From the NCBI RefSeq assembly GCF_009834535.1, contig NC_045698.1, positions 4,590,001 to 4,654,000 of the forward strand: a DNA stretch of 64,000 nt. Reading direction: 5' to 3'. The notes below the pieces were generated by a model. It ran no database searches. It was given only the letters and a program-made list of their open reading frames with translations, and was not told the origin of the DNA. The position numbers and the translations under genes are program-made. Source of the stretch: Camelus ferus. Lineage: Eukaryota. This document shows, in pieces, positions 45,739-59,519 of this stretch (its first letter is position 1; each line of letters opens with the position of its first letter).

Positions 45739-46590
45739 ATACGGCCGGGGGGGCCCCCAGGCAGATTTGAGGCCCAGAGGTCTCTGTGAACACGTTTATC
45801 CATCACCCTGTGGCTTCTCTAAGTCCAGATCCCACATGTTAGAAACTTGTGTATCAGGTAAATGGGTCATTATCAAGGCACTGGGCTCTCCAAGCGCCAG
45901 GGTATTTGGAAGAACTGTGAGTGGCGTCCTGGCGTGTGGGAGTCCAGGTGTGCTGTCTGAAGGCCCAGTGCCTTCCCCGGGCTCTGATGGCGCTAGGCCA
46001 CCTTGTGACTCCGGCTGGTGCCCCCGTTGCTTGTCTGATTATACGTTGCCAGTAAGTTTTCGGTCCCTGAGGGTTGGCTCCTTGGACTTAGGACATTAAG
46101 TCCTGATAACTTTCTTACTTGGGGTTTCATAATAGAACGTTCCTTCTTGGCTTTGTCCATCCCGTCACAGCCTAAGTGTGAGGCTGACCTTTCGAAGTGC
46201 TCAGGATGAGAGTAAGACTTCGCAGAGAGCGAAAGCGCTCTCCCTGACGGTGCTCTGGTTTTGCTCTGAAGCCTTCCCCAAACCAGCTGCGTCTTCCCAT
46301 CTGCTCTGCGTGGGGCTTGGCAGGATGTGGAGAACGGGGTCCCGCTGACATGGGACCCCTCTTGTGTTTCTAGAATGTCACAGTCAAAGTCGGGAGAAGA
46401 TTAGGAGAGGGGCCCTTTTATTTCTGTGGACAAGGAGAACCAGGCGGAAGTGAGGTTCTAGGTGCATTTGGACGTGAATGCGTGGAGTTTGAAAGGGGCC
46501 CACAGTCCTCACGTTGACGGAGTCACTGAGATGTCAGAGGTCGGCTTTCTGTCGGCGTCTCCGTGTTGCCTGGCGTGTGCGCATGTGTAA

Positions 46591-47100
<510 letters not shown>

Positions 47101-49000
47101 TCACTCTGCATGTTCCTTGTGTGGTGGTCACGTCCATCTTAAAAGAACAGCTCCTTGTGCTCATCTGTGAAGCCTTATTAGACGTGGACGCTGTTTTCTG
47201 CCTTCCCAGGATTCTCCCTTCAGTGCCGGAGCGGGGCTGGGCCAGGAACTGCGGGGACGGGCTGTGGGCCTTGGCACTTCTCGGTACTGTGTCTTGTCCT
47301 TTGCATCGGGTACTTTGATTTCACATCAGAGCAACGGAGATCAGACCCCATCCCCCTTGGGAGGTCCTCATTGTTTTACTGCCCGCACATTTTGTTTCAG
47401 ATTTCAGGACTGTTTTTCTATGTAAATATTGAAAACTTATGATTTGTGCAATAACTCAGATATTTTTTATTTAATTTCATATTTTCACATAAGTTATATT
47501 TAAGGGAGGAGGGAATTTTTTTAAACATGCTGAGATCCTTTCCCGAGTTGCATTTTCTAAGTTGGGTTCATCATGTCGGCTGGTTGTCTGATGAGCATCG
47601 TTGCTAACACCACGAGTGAGGGGCTTGGGGCTTATTTTCTGTTCCTTCTTTTGGTCAGACGTGAGGCCTCTCAGCTTGTGGTGAAGGAGCCGTGTCTCCC
47701 CGCGGGTGTCCAGAGGGTTGCGGCTCCAGCGCCTCTGACCAGCTGCCCGCCGGCTCTGCCGTCCGGCCTGTGTCTCGCTGTGACCACGGGGTTTTAACGT
47801 TTTGGATTTTGTTTCTTTTAAACTAGACAACAGATCCAGCATTTAAAGTGCCAGAGTATAACTTTCTAAGGAGAGGAAAGATTGTCACATTATAAAATCT
47901 TAAAAAAAAAAATGTGAACTTTGTCAGTTTTAGTAACAGAGCCTGTAATGTTGGGTCTGGTGAGTATCAGTATGGACAGTGGTACCCAGTTTTAGGAATG
48001 TGGAGAAAGGAATTATGTTGATTCCATTGTGGAATCTGTAGCAGTAGCATTCGTTCTGTTAAGAGCAAATACATGAGAAGAGCTTGAGCTGCTCAGTGCG
48101 CTGTGGGGGTTAACGTGTCGCAGGAGAGCCCAGCCCGGGTCGGGCCGGAGCGGCCGCGCCCGACGTGAGCCGCACACGGGTGTGCTGTGCAAGTGTATTC
48201 TGCCACGACAGCCACTGTCTGTTCCCACTTCTGAACATACATCTGTCCATCCCGCCTCACCCTGAGTTTTCTGAGCACTACAGTTGTCCTGGGAGTTAGG
48301 TGACCTGCCTCCTAGGCTTGACACCGGGGTTCTGGCCCTGCTGAGCACTGCAGGTGGGCTGGTCTTTGAAGTCCACCAGTGGAGGCGGCTGGGATGGGAA
48401 GCTTGCTACACGAGCCCTGATTGACGAGCGGAGTGGGGAGTGCTGGGGGTCCAAGCGCGACGGACACCCAGCGAGGACCAGCGCTTGCCCTGCCGGCGGG
48501 CTGCCCGAGGGAAGCAGGCCCGGCCCACACGCTCTGAGAGATGCCGCCGCGCCTGCCGGTTCTAGGAGGCGCCCGGAGCAGAGTGGCACACTCCGTCTGC
48601 GGTTCTTGATGATCGAAGGTTATCAAAAATATTTAAAGATATTTAAATTGTGAACCTATTGATAAATATTTATAAAAACTGATACGTAGGCCTGTACTAA
48701 TCTCTACACATTAGCAATATTGACTGTAGCCCTCCATTAAGGAAACGCTGCGGGGACGGAGGCGAGTGCCTGTGGGGGCCCTCCGCGATTCCCGGTCTCA
48801 GATGCGGGCGCCAAGCTCCAGTCCCGCCTCGGTGAACGGATGAATTGGCCCGGCCGCCCTGTGGCCACACGCTGCAGGCTGAACAAGATACCATGTTTCG
48901 ATTTTTTTTGTGTGTGGACAACAATGTGGAAGCTAAAATTGACATATTTTTATGTAAAGTTTTTCTATTCTTTGATTTTTAATAAACTTTGGAAACCAGG
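47101..49000 (+). other. TENT4A: TENT4A 3' UTR (begins at 46979 if the extra base is an artefact)
   Basis: Runs from the stop to AATAAA 48981; alternating U-rich and GC-rich blocks. Confidence 0.8.
48981..48986 (+). terminator. Polyadenylation signal AATAAA
   Basis: Upstream TGTA (48953) and U-rich tract; downstream GU/U-rich element (ggtggtgcttgtgcttgagtgggtcgtttctttc); cleavage expected near 49000. Confidence 0.85.
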
Positions 49001-51295
49001 TGGTGCTTGTGCTTGAGTGGGTCGTTTCTTTCAAGGGGAAGGGAGGTTCCTGCGGTTTTCATTCTTGACTTCTCTAAGTTAGGGCAGCTCTACCTTTGGT
49101 TCAGTGAATTCAGAACCTGGTTGAGGCTGCAGGCTGGGTACGGGGGAGTCAGAGCCGAAGCAGGGTGCGTGCTGTCGCAGCTTTGCTGGCGGGGCATCAG
49201 TCACTTCACTGACACTCCTTCCTTGCAGCTTCTGACACACCCATGTGACCTCCCAACACAGCGTTCATTTCTTCTGCATCTCTTAGGGCAGCATTATTAT
49301 GTCACTTCAAAATAACACATTTTAAACCACCAAACAGCCATGATGTGGCTTAAAATGTGACTCTTGATCAGAATTTGTAAGAAGCTTGTAAACAGCCTGA
49401 CACCAGTGAGGGGGCTACTTGTCTGGAGGCTGAGCTCTGCCTTCAGTGACGCCACGTGGCCGAGGTGCGGGGTGACCAAGCTCTCCCCAATGCTGCATTC
49501 CTTCCAGAACCTCAGAACCCGAGTGCTGGAGGCACTGACGGTCCTGAAGTTCCCAGAATGGTATGTCGTGGCCACTTTTGGTGAGACGTCTGTGACTCGA
49601 GGCAGGCGCTGGTTCTTGAGCCCGTGTTGGCGGAGTCCTGAGCGCATGTCCATGGTGAAGGGGTGTCGGCAGCGGGGGCCCAGTCCACATCTGCTCAGAG
49701 AGCAGCTGGAGCAGTGTGGTTCAGACGGGGACACTCAAGGCCAGGGATGGTGGTCACGGCCCAGCTCGGTGACACGATCATGTGCACTGGCCACGGGCTG
49801 CTTTGCACACAGCCCAGAGCCCCGCTAGGTCTCCGACATCCCCAGAGAAAACGCTGAGCTCAGGCTGAACCTGAGTGTTGAGGGTGCACCCGGGGCCACC
49901 CTGGTAGATGTGTTTAAACAGTTACAATAAAAACAGCTGAACTTGTTTTTTGTGGCCAATGTTTGTATCATAAGATGCTGGCCTTCATAAAGACAGACCC
50001 TGGAAAAGTGTGTGGTGACGGCTTAAGCAGTCGCTCTGGTCCCAGCTTCTGGTCTTTTTAGCTCTCTCCACTTACCCTGCTGAACAGTGGGGCCTCTCCT
50101 GTCCCGTCTTCTTCCTCTGCCCCGTGCCTCCTTGCCCATCCAGCTACGTGGCCCTTGTCCAGTCCCTCTCCACTGTCTCTCAATTGCGTTCTTGCAAGAC
50201 CCCCACCCGGGATTCATGCCCCTGCTGACCCCCTGACACGTGCAGGGTCAGGGATATTGTGGGGTCAGCCAATACCAGGCAGGGCCCCGTACAGGTGAGG
50301 CTGACGTTCTGAGCACTTAGTGGCCTGGGTTATTCCTGTGAACTCAGGGGCCTGGCGGGCCACCAGCGCTGTGGTCCCATCCCCAAGTGAGTAAGCGGAG
50401 GCACCGAGGTTAAGAAGCTCAGCCAAGGTCATTCAGCAGGGTGGCACACAGCTCCCCGTGCCCTCTGCGCTCAGGTGCTCCTTCCCCCTTTCCAGCCACT
50501 CAAACCCCCTCTAGTTTAAGTTCACAGCCTCGCCTCCCTGCTCCCTCACTTCCCTCTCAGATATGGCCTTGCCTCCCAGTGTCAGAAAGAAAGCCCCACC
50601 CCAGGGCACTGCCCGACACTGTGAATAAACACCTAGGGAGCGCTGCCCAACCTGGCCAGAGACCGCCTTGCAGGGGCCCGCTTATCCTTGTCCTCCGAGC
50701 CCTCCGTCCGGTCCCCCCAGCCTCCAAACCTTCCAGGTCTCCTCGTCTCCCTCTGGCAGCCTACTTGCCTCCTCTTCATTGAACCAGCTGCCGCAGGGGC
50801 TGTCTCCACCCTCCCACCTCCTACTGAGCCACATCCAAGTGGTCTTTCTGTGTGCCCCTCGAGGCCAGGCCCCTCAAGGCAGGACCCCCACGATGCCATG
50901 AAACCTCGGGGTCAACCTCAGCCCTGCTTCTCTTGGGTAGGGCACAGGACACCCGCCGTCCACAGCCTCCACACAATTTTCTCTGCATTTCCCAGCTCTA
51001 CCTGTGCCCACTGGATTTCCCACAAGCATCTGCCAGGCCCCGGAGTGCACTGGCCCCTCCCCTCCACCTGGGTCCTCACCTGCTCCTGGGGCAGCCCTGT
51101 CAGCCTTCCTCCACCATCCTGCCTTGGCCAATGGACCTCCATCGGCCCCTAAATCTGCTACATGCACCTCCTCAGGAAGTAGACCCATCTGTTCCCCCTC
51201 ACCCTGGCCACCTGGGCTCGCTGTCAGCCTGGTCCTCACCCCTCCCTCCACGGAGCTGCTTCACTGGTTTTCAAAAACACAACCTGGGTGGTGAT

Positions 51296-51428
51296 GGGGG
51301 AGGCTACAGCTCAGTGGCAGCCTGCTCAGCCTGCATAAGGCCCTGGGCTCAGTCCCCAGCACAGTCAATCAGTCAATCTAATTACCTCCCCTAAGAAAAA
51401 AGAGAAAAAATAGAATTAAAAAAAAAAA
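51296..51428 (+). mobile_element. tRNA-derived SINE, vic-1-like (camelid)
   Basis: gggggaggctacagctcagtggcag...aggccctgggctcagtccccagcac...ctaattacctcccc plus A-rich tail. Confidence 0.75.
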
Positions 51429-54400
51429 CACCCTCAACCCCATCTCTGCTCCCAAAATCCCAGGGTGTCTCTCTGGGGGCCTCAGAGTGGCCTTCCCCAA
51501 CGTCAGGCACTGTATTATTATCCCCGACCCCGAGTTTTCTCTCCTTACTGCCTGAATTATTACCTACCTCGATTTATTTTACCCAGCTGTTGTTTAGGAA
51601 GGAAAAGATAACCCTTCTTCAGTGGCCTGGGGCTGACCCCTCCGCAGAGCGTACAAATGCTGCCGAGCTGACCGAAGCACCGGGTCCTGGGCCGGCCTCG
51701 GGAGCGGCCCTGGGGGGCCCTGCCCCCGGTGCAGAGAGAAGCTGTCCTTCCTCCCGGTTAGGGGACGCTGGCCAGCCTGGGCGCAGACCCTGTGGGGTTA
51801 GCTTGGTGCCGGCCCGAGCCTTGGGGCCCTGGCCAGGTGCAGCTGCGTGGCGGGACTGGCCCCGCTCCCCTGCAGGCGGGCGGGCCATTCCTTCCTAAGA
51901 GGGCGGACGTGCCGATGCTCCCTGGTGGCGAACCTCGCCGACGGTCTGTGCTGAGGGACTTGTGCGTGTTCGTTTGTTAATTTCCCATTGGTCATGTACC
52001 AGTCGTCATGTAAAATACAATAAAGGTGAATTACGAGGAAAATGAAAGGGAAAAAGCAAAAACCCTGGGAATAAACCCACAAATTAAAAGCTCAGGTGGT
52101 TAGTTATTGGATCTGACAGACAGAAGCTATGCTGTTGGGTGTTCAGGGGTCTCTAAATGCTCCCGTCAGTATTTGCACCCCCCCACCAGGTGGCTGCGGC
52201 TGGGGTTTGAGGACCCCATCTGGTCCCTCACTGAGGGCCAGAGCTGCCCTGGACAAGGAGGGTGACAAGCCGGCCAGAGTGCAGCTCCTTCCTGGGGTCC
52301 CCGAGCCAGGCCAGCATCCTTGGTGCTGCTTTCAAAGAAACTGGCTGGGTGGGGCCCGAGGGGCTGGGCTCTTTGAGAAGCATCTCACTGGCCGGAGGTG
52401 ACACTGCGGGGTCACAGCCTGAATGCTGCTGAATTCTGCTCTGGGTGCGGAACAGAGGGAGCTGGGAGGTTTCTGGGCCTACCTCCCTCCTCGTGTCCCG
52501 AATTCCCAGCTCGCTGCCAAGCTGTAGAAGCCCTGGTGCTGGGAGGGGTCCTGCCTGGGTCCCGAGACCTGGGGCCTCCACCTGTGCATCTGGAGTACCT
52601 CTCAGGGCACAGGGGGAGCGTTGGCTGTTGCTGGGGGCGACCCGGTCCTCCTTTACTCCGTCTGCCCATTCCGGGGCCGGCTTCTTCACCCGCGTCCAGT
52701 GGGTCCCTCCTCCTCTCGGAGCCTCCTGGAGGGTCAGAAGGCTTGTGTGAGTCCTGGAATCATCATCGGTCAGCCACCTTTTTGACACCCAACTTTATCA
52801 TGGTAAGAAAATGGTATTTCCTTTGTGTTATTTAACTTTTTTTCAAATTTATTTTATTTATTCAGTAGATTGTGAGCTTTCTAAGGTATATGGGGTGTGT
52901 GTGTGTATGTGTGTGTGTTGTGTTCATGCACCCCTCTTCCTACAGGCTCAACGCCACACAGGACACCCTGAAACTGCTTGCTGAAATCTCACCAGTTTCT
53001 GGGTAGGTGCACCTGCTTCCTGCTTCTGTCATCACCCACCGAAGAAAGTGCAGGAAATAGTAAGACTCCAGGTTCGTGTTATAGGAAAACTGGAATCTAG
53101 AGAGACACTTGAATTTAAAAGAATGTCAAGTTCTTCTTTCAGCTGTAATGCATCTCACTGCAGTGTTGTCCGTCCTGGAGGGTCTTGTTTGGTTCTTTTT
53201 TGTTTCTAGCTCACAGCACAGGAGGAGGAGAGGCTGGAGCCACAGTGAAGCCAGATAACTGCCAAGCTTTTGTTTTGTTGCTTTGCTTCATTTTTGTTTT
53301 ATCCCTTCCCACCCCGATCCCAGCCCATCTCCAAGTTCCTGGGTGCTGTGTCTCCTGGGAATCTGTCTCCCCAGCAGGTGCTCCAGGCCTTCCTGCCATC
53401 CCGCTGCCGCTTGCCCAGTGAGGGGACCTTGGCACAATGACCCGGGGCCTGGGATGGGCATCGCAGTCCATCCCACCTGGATTCTCTCCTCTGAGGGCCC
53501 CTCCCCGCTGCCCGCTGGCCCTTCTTTGCCCGCCCTTTGCAAGTGCGGGCTGCGGGCGCCTCGCCCCCCGGAGACGAGAGGGGGCGCTGTTGCCTCACAG
53601 CAGACGTCCCAGCCCTGCACTCCGGCTGGTCCCTCCCTCCCACCTGCACTGCGCGCCCCCGCCCAGCAGGAGGGTCCGTTTATCGGGGAGGGTGGCCCCA
53701 TGAGGTGGGCTGTGAATTCAATGTTTGAAAAGAAACCATGTGCCCAGATTTTGAAAAAGGACAAGGAAATAAGGCTGCAGTGTTTTTCTTCTACTGAAAA
53801 AAAAAGAAAGATCTGTAACATCCTGGCCGTGACAGTGAGGGTGAAGCTAGGGGTCTGCATGGCGGGTCTGGGGCCACTCCTGCCGCCCCAGGGGGTGCCC
53901 ATCAGACCTGACAGGGAGGCCCTCCTGAACTGTTGAAACCAGACTTCCATCCTCTGTGCAGACCTGTGGTCCTGTCTGATCTGGGCAGGGGGTTGGTGGC
54001 CCTACTGTCATTAGGTACCCCAGTGTGCTGGGGGGGATGGGGGGCGGGGGTGGGAGCTGCAGAACAGCAGCTGGGGGTGGTGTGGGCCTCAGGGAAGGGT
54101 CTGTCGTGGAAACAAGACTCAACCCACAGGAGTCGGGGAGCTAGCATCTCCTTGAGGGAGAAACGTCTTCCCCGGGGGACAGGGCGGGGGTGGGAGTCGG
54201 GGGACAGGGGACAGGACTTGAGCCCGTGCGGGGTGGTAAGTCCCCAGGGAGCTGGCAGGCAGAGCAGGTGCATGAGGTCACCACCTCCATTGGAGGGGCT
54301 GGTTGTGGCCCCCACGCTGCCAGACAAGGATGCTGGGGGCTGGTGAGTGGGTTGGTTTTTACGTTCTGACCCCCCCTTTACCACCACAGCTGAGAACAGC

Positions 54401-55795
54401 AACTTTGGTGAGAACACCCTACAAACAGAGTCTCAGAGCCTGAGCTGGTGGAAGAAATATTTTATTCTCTTTTCCTTCCAGGAGCGTGGCCTTCCTCTGC
54501 CTGTTGAGGTCCTGAGAGCCCTCTTCCCACAGGCTTGGCACCTCCACTGGGTTGAAGCCTCGCAGCTGCCCTCCTCTCAGTGATGAGGACGGGCGTCCCC
54601 TCCCTGGCAGACACGGCCCCCCCAAGTCCACCAGAGGGATTCTGGAAAGCCCTGCTTTTATCCTCAGAAGCCCAGCTCATCCCAGAATCCAGCTTTTTGT
54701 GTATCTGACAGTTTGAACCAAGCAACCATACAAGCTCTTCCACATCCCAGACGTCCAGCTTCTCCTTGCTCATGGTGACGTTATCAAAGCCACACATCAG
54801 GGGGACACCCTGTACCCCGACACCGTGCCGGCCTCATTCCTCCCTCCCCACTGCAGGACCAGGTTGGGGGCAGCGCCCAAGCCCCCGCGGGCACATGGTA
54901 GTTGGGAGGCTGAGCTGGGAGGGTGACCCAGGTGGAAGCAGGGAGGGGACAAGCAGGAGGGCCCAGGTCGGCACAAGGAGGTTCTGTTTGGACAGAGGAG
55001 TGGGCTTTCCTGAATACTGGGTTTCAGAGAAACTCGAAATTCTAAGTCATTGAGCCCAGAAGTCAGGGGAGTGAGTGTGGTCTGACCCCTCGCCTGTGAG
55101 TTTGATGGGCCCCTCGGGGCATTCTGGGCTGCACAGAATGTTCTCTGCTGAGGAGCCCGGCCAAGGGGCACCTGCAGGGGCTGTGTCTGCCTGGAGGAAG
55201 CGGCACAGACTCCTAATTCTCACAGAGGCCCGGTGCGGACTCGCAGGGCTGCGGTGGGGGGAGCCGGGCACGGCCAGGGCGGTGTGTGTAAACGGTGGCC
55301 TGGTTCCTGGGCTGGTGCAGTCACAGCACTGGGGGTGCAAAGGGGAGGGGCTCACGGAGCTCTCCCTCAGCCCTGCCAGCCCCAGGGAGGCGGGCCTCTG
55401 GCTCCGATGCTGCCGACCGTGGTGACGGGAGGGACTCCCAGAGGTGAGAGATCGAGCCTGGGCTGCTGGCCGCGGCCCTGCGAACTGAGGATGAGACTGA
55501 CTGGCGCACGCGCTGGCCCGGGCTGGGCTGCGGGAGAGCTCCTGTGGGCCCCGCCGCCAGGCCCACAGTCTTCCTCTGGGACTGGAGATTTTCTTGTCTG
55601 TCTGCAAAGCGCTGCTGAATCTCCAAGACCCACCCGACATCACCTCCTCCGTGAAGGGACCCGGCCCCAGCGTGACTCTCGCAGGCGGAATGAATGACTT
55701 AGAGAAGACACGCCCACCCCTTTCCCCTTCTTGGGGCAGCGTGCGCTGTGGTGACTCCACCTGGGAGAGGCACGACTGATGGAATTCATGGAGGC

Positions 55796-55875
55796 GTGTG
55801 TGTGTGTGTACGTGTGTATGTTTGTACGTGTATACGTGTGTATGTGTGGGTGCCTGTGTGCACGCCCGTGTGTGT
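55796..55875. repeat. Degenerate (TG)n tract
   Basis: gtgtgtgtgtgtgtacgtgtgtatgtttgtacgtgtatacgtgtgtatgtgtg. Confidence 0.85.
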
Positions 55876-56689
55876 TCACCTGCACACAGCCAGGAAAAGA
55901 CATGCTTAGACATAATGCAGAAGCTGCCCATCCCCCCGGGGGCCTGTGCTGGGCTCTGCTGGTTTCATCTTATAATTACATCCCCGCCCCCCGGAAACAA
56001 TTTCCAGTTACGTTTCTGTTTGACAAGGTAGCAAGTGAAACGCACCTGACCTAGAAAATGACAGGAGCAGTTTTAATCTCTCCAACTTAACCTTTTCATC
56101 CTGACTTGACCTTTCCCTTCTTGACATTAATGTAGAAATTAGGGCTCTCGACCTAATAGATTTAAGGCGACCCCAGAGGCACCACCGGGGAGCAGGAGCA
56201 GGATGTGACACTCCCCTCGGAAGCCGAGAGAAGGTGCTCTGCATCTGGGGTCTCAGCCTTCCAAAAAGAGGCAGTTCAGCCAAAAGCACAGCCCTGCTCT
56301 CGGCCCGTGAAGCAGGTGGACCAGTCTCTTCTGGGGCCCCTCCGCCTCCGGGTACCGCTCCACGCACTGGGGACTGTTGATCTATCGAACGCTCAGCCCG
56401 ATCCTAGGAGATGGCACTGGTGTCGCCAGCAGTTTGTTGGGGACGAGAGGAGACAGGACGTGTGCATGAGCCCCCCACGGCCCCCGCTGGCAGTGGGCCG
56501 GCCTGGGCTCCGGCTCTGTGGCCCCTGCAGCCCAGCAGCTCCAGGGTGACGGATGCTGCGGCCAGCCTGGTGCTCTGTCAGGTGGGAGGCGTGTGAACGG
56601 CTCGGGGAGACAGGGCTGTCAGGGGCCAGTAACCCACCAGGGGCCGTGCTGCGGTCCGAGGGCTGCCCTGGCAGAGCACCACCAGCTGG

Positions 56690-56990
56690 GAAGCTAAGAC
56701 ACAGAAATGAATTCGTCACATTCTGGACTCCAGAAGCCGGACCTCAAGCTGTGGGTCTGCCCTCGCTCTCCCTCCAGGTTCCGGCCTCTTCCGGCTCCTC
56801 ATGGTGGCTGGCAATTCCCTGGCTTGTGGAAGCGTCACGTCGGCTCCACATGGCCATCTTCCCTCTGAATCTGTGTCCAAGTTTCTCTCCTCTCATGAGG
56901 ACACCCGTTTTGGAGTAGTTCAATTTACCTAATTACATCTGCAAAGACCCTATTTCCAATGAACGGCCTATTCTGGGGTTTCTGGCGGAC
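56690..56990 (-). mobile_element. MLT1C-like LTR
   Basis: acagaaatgaattcgtcacattctgga...ggctggcaattccctggcttgtgga...aattacatctgcaaagaccctatttccaa. Confidence 0.75.
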
Positions 56991-57069
56991 AGTGGACTTT
57001 TGGAGGACACTGTTGAGCCCAGTGCGCCAGCCAGTTCCTCCCTCACTCCTGCCCTCGTCAGCCTGGCTG

Positions 57070-57420
57070 CCCTCACAGAACACGTCAGCTTCCTCTCCGG
57101 GGCTTGCACAGCACACGTTTATTCCTCACAGTCCTGGAGGCCAGACGCCCAAGTTCAGGATGCCAGCAGATGTGGTTCCTGGTGAGGCCTCTGCTCCTGC
57201 CCTGTCACCGTGTCCTCATGTGGCCTTTTCTTGGTGCCTGCACATTGAGAGAGATAGATCTTGGTCTTCCTCTTCTTGTCAGAGCACCGACCCCATCACG
57301 AGGGCTCCACTATCCTCCAGCCCTAACCGTGTCCCAGAGGCCCTGCCTCCCAACGCCATTGCTCTAGGGGTTGGGGCTTCCACATCTGAACTGCGGGGTC
57401 CCAGACACGCAGCTCATAAT
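57070..57420 (-). mobile_element. MLT1A-like LTR
   Basis: tttattcctcacagtcctggaggccag...ccagcagatgtggttcctggtgaggcct...gtcctcatgtggcc...gggggttggggcttccacatctgaa. Confidence 0.7.
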
Positions 57421-58219
57421 GCTCACTCCCTCATCAGTCCTTCAGAGGAGGTCAGCGAGGTTCGTTAGCAGGTGTGGCCGTGGTGCCAGCTTCTGCAGAC
57501 ATTGCCTTCTCCCGATGGGGAAGGAGGGATGGGTCAGTGATGGGGGCTGATGGAGGGGAGGACAGGAGGCCTGCCGTGTAGCCAGGGGTAGGAGGGGCCA
57601 CCGCCTCAGTTCCCCTGAGCATCTGTGATCTGTGATGCCAGGTGTGTGGTGTGTGGCCAGCCTCATCGGGCACTGGGCCATGGGTCTAAGTCTTTGGGGC
57701 ATGAATCAAGCTCAGGGACTGACCCCGCTCCCGTGGGCTTCCAGCCTTCCCGTCCTCTGAGAGAGAGCTCACGGCGGGTGTAGGATGCAGCCCCCGCGGT
57801 GGCCTCCGTGGAGACTGGGGGGCGAGCGCAGACATTCGGGGCTAGTGTGAGTGGGTCCCCTTCACCCTCCCCTGGGGCATGTGGACGGGGGTGTGTTTGG
57901 GGAAGGCTGGAGTTCTGGACCTGGCCAGCCTGGTAGGGGTCACCCCATCATCTCCTCGAGGTGGGGTCCTGGCCTGGGGCCTTACCTTTTGCATCTGTAC
58001 AACGGGGGTAAATGGTCTCCACCTCACAGAGTTGTGGGAGGACGAAGGGGCAATTCCCGTTCAGAGGAAGTTGTCAGTGCAGCTGTTTTGGTTGGTGTTA
58101 CTTCCCCGTTATTCTCGCACGCTCTCCACCTGCTAATGTGCTGGTCGTGGGGTGCAGTCTCGTGGCCCGTCACCTCTGCACTGGCTGACCTCACCGGGCA
58201 CACGGGGTCAGTGCCGCAA

Positions 58220-58612
58220 GCCTTCATGGCCAAACAACACTGGGCTGTACACACATTTCATTTATCCCTTCATCGGCTGATGGATTTGGGGTTTGTTTCT
58301 ACTTTTTAGTCATTTTGAATAATGGTGCTGTGAATATTCATGTGTAAGTGTTCATGTTGACATGTTTCCATCTCTCTTGAGTCTACACCTAGGAGTGGAA
58401 TCTCTGGGTCGGGTGGTAATTCCATGTACAACTTTTTGAGAAACTGCCAAGCTGTTTTCCCAAGTGGCCTCACCATTTCACACCCCCGCCGGCCACGTGA
58501 GTGGTCTGATTTCCCCGCATCCTCACAACACTGGTTATTATTGGACTTTTTGATACTAGCCATCGTAGAGGGTGTGAAGTGGTAACTTATGGTTTTGATT
58601 TGCGCTTTTCTA
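58220..58612 (-). mobile_element. L1MB-like ORF2 C-terminal fragment (inverted segment)
   Basis: Minus-strand ORF 58306-58626 (QIKTISYHFTP...WQFLKKLYMELPPDPEIPLLG) resembles the L1 ORF2 C-terminus. Confidence 0.85.
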
Positions 58613-58770
58613 ACAGGCAAATCCATGGGGATGTAAAGCAGATTAGCGGTGGGGAGGGGAGAGGGGAAGAGGGGATCGTTCTGGAATTAGCGGTGGTGGT
58701 GGAACATCGCAAGGATACTGAAAACCACTGAATTGTGCACTTTAAGACAGAAAAGTTCATCTCTGCGAAA
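58613..58770 (+). mobile_element. L1MB-like 3' end (sense segment)
   Basis: aggcaaatccat...agcagattagcggt...gttctggaattag...tactgaaaaccactgaattgtgcactttaa. Confidence 0.75.
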
Positions 58771-59519
58771 AAGCATCCTGTTTCTCCTTTGGGACCCAGC
58801 TCCCATACCACATCATCGCAGAGCCCTGGAAGCTCTCTCTGCACCTTTTGTTTACTCATTCCTGCGGCCTCCCCTCACCAGGTCGTGATGTGGACGGCGG
58901 GTCCTTCTCACCTGCAGATGTAACCCCCGTGACAGCGACGGGGAGGTTTCTTGAAGTGAGACTCTCTTGCATATTTTGGGCTCAGGAGGGCAGGAGGAAT
59001 TGGCTGGTGTAAGAGGCTGGCCCCTGCCCACATCGCCTCCACCCAGCGGGTCCTTTCTGCAAGTCCCACAAAAGGATCAAGACCTGGAAGCCACGGGAAT
59101 TGGGTTTCTTTGCGAGAAAGAGCTGCTGACAGAAAGCCAGTAGCAGTGCTAGACCTAGGAAAGTGGTGGTGGTTGGCCAGGAATGAGGACTTTTGGGAAA
59201 AGGAGGCTGACATGTCACTTTGACAGGCGGCTTCGATCAGGCCCCTGTACTGGGTCTGTAAAGGCAACGTGCTTTGCGAAACGGTTTCAGGAGAGCTCCT
59301 TTATGACTTGAGAGGTAAAGCTTTTCACAGACTAGAGTGGTGAGTGGAGGACACGCATAGGAAACACTGGCTCTTGGTGGGGTGGGACCAGGGACCAGGG
59401 GAAGGCTGGCACAAACACCTCCCTGAAGCTGTCGGCGACAGAGACCCCAGGGCAGGGTGCAGCGTGAGCTGGCCTCGACTTGGGTTGGGACCGGAAGCCT
59501 TTCTCTGTATGTGATCTCG

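Noticed and set aside
51296..51365. tRNA-like sequence
   Set aside because: Degenerate cloverleaf followed by SINE body and A tail; it is a SINE, not a tRNA gene.
53283..55931. 200-290-aa ORFs downstream of the gene
   Set aside because: GC-rich sequence partly running through a (TG)n tract; no protein family recognised and no coherent splice structure.
58306..58626. 106-aa ORF with protein-like composition
   Set aside because: Decayed L1 ORF2 fragment, not a host gene.
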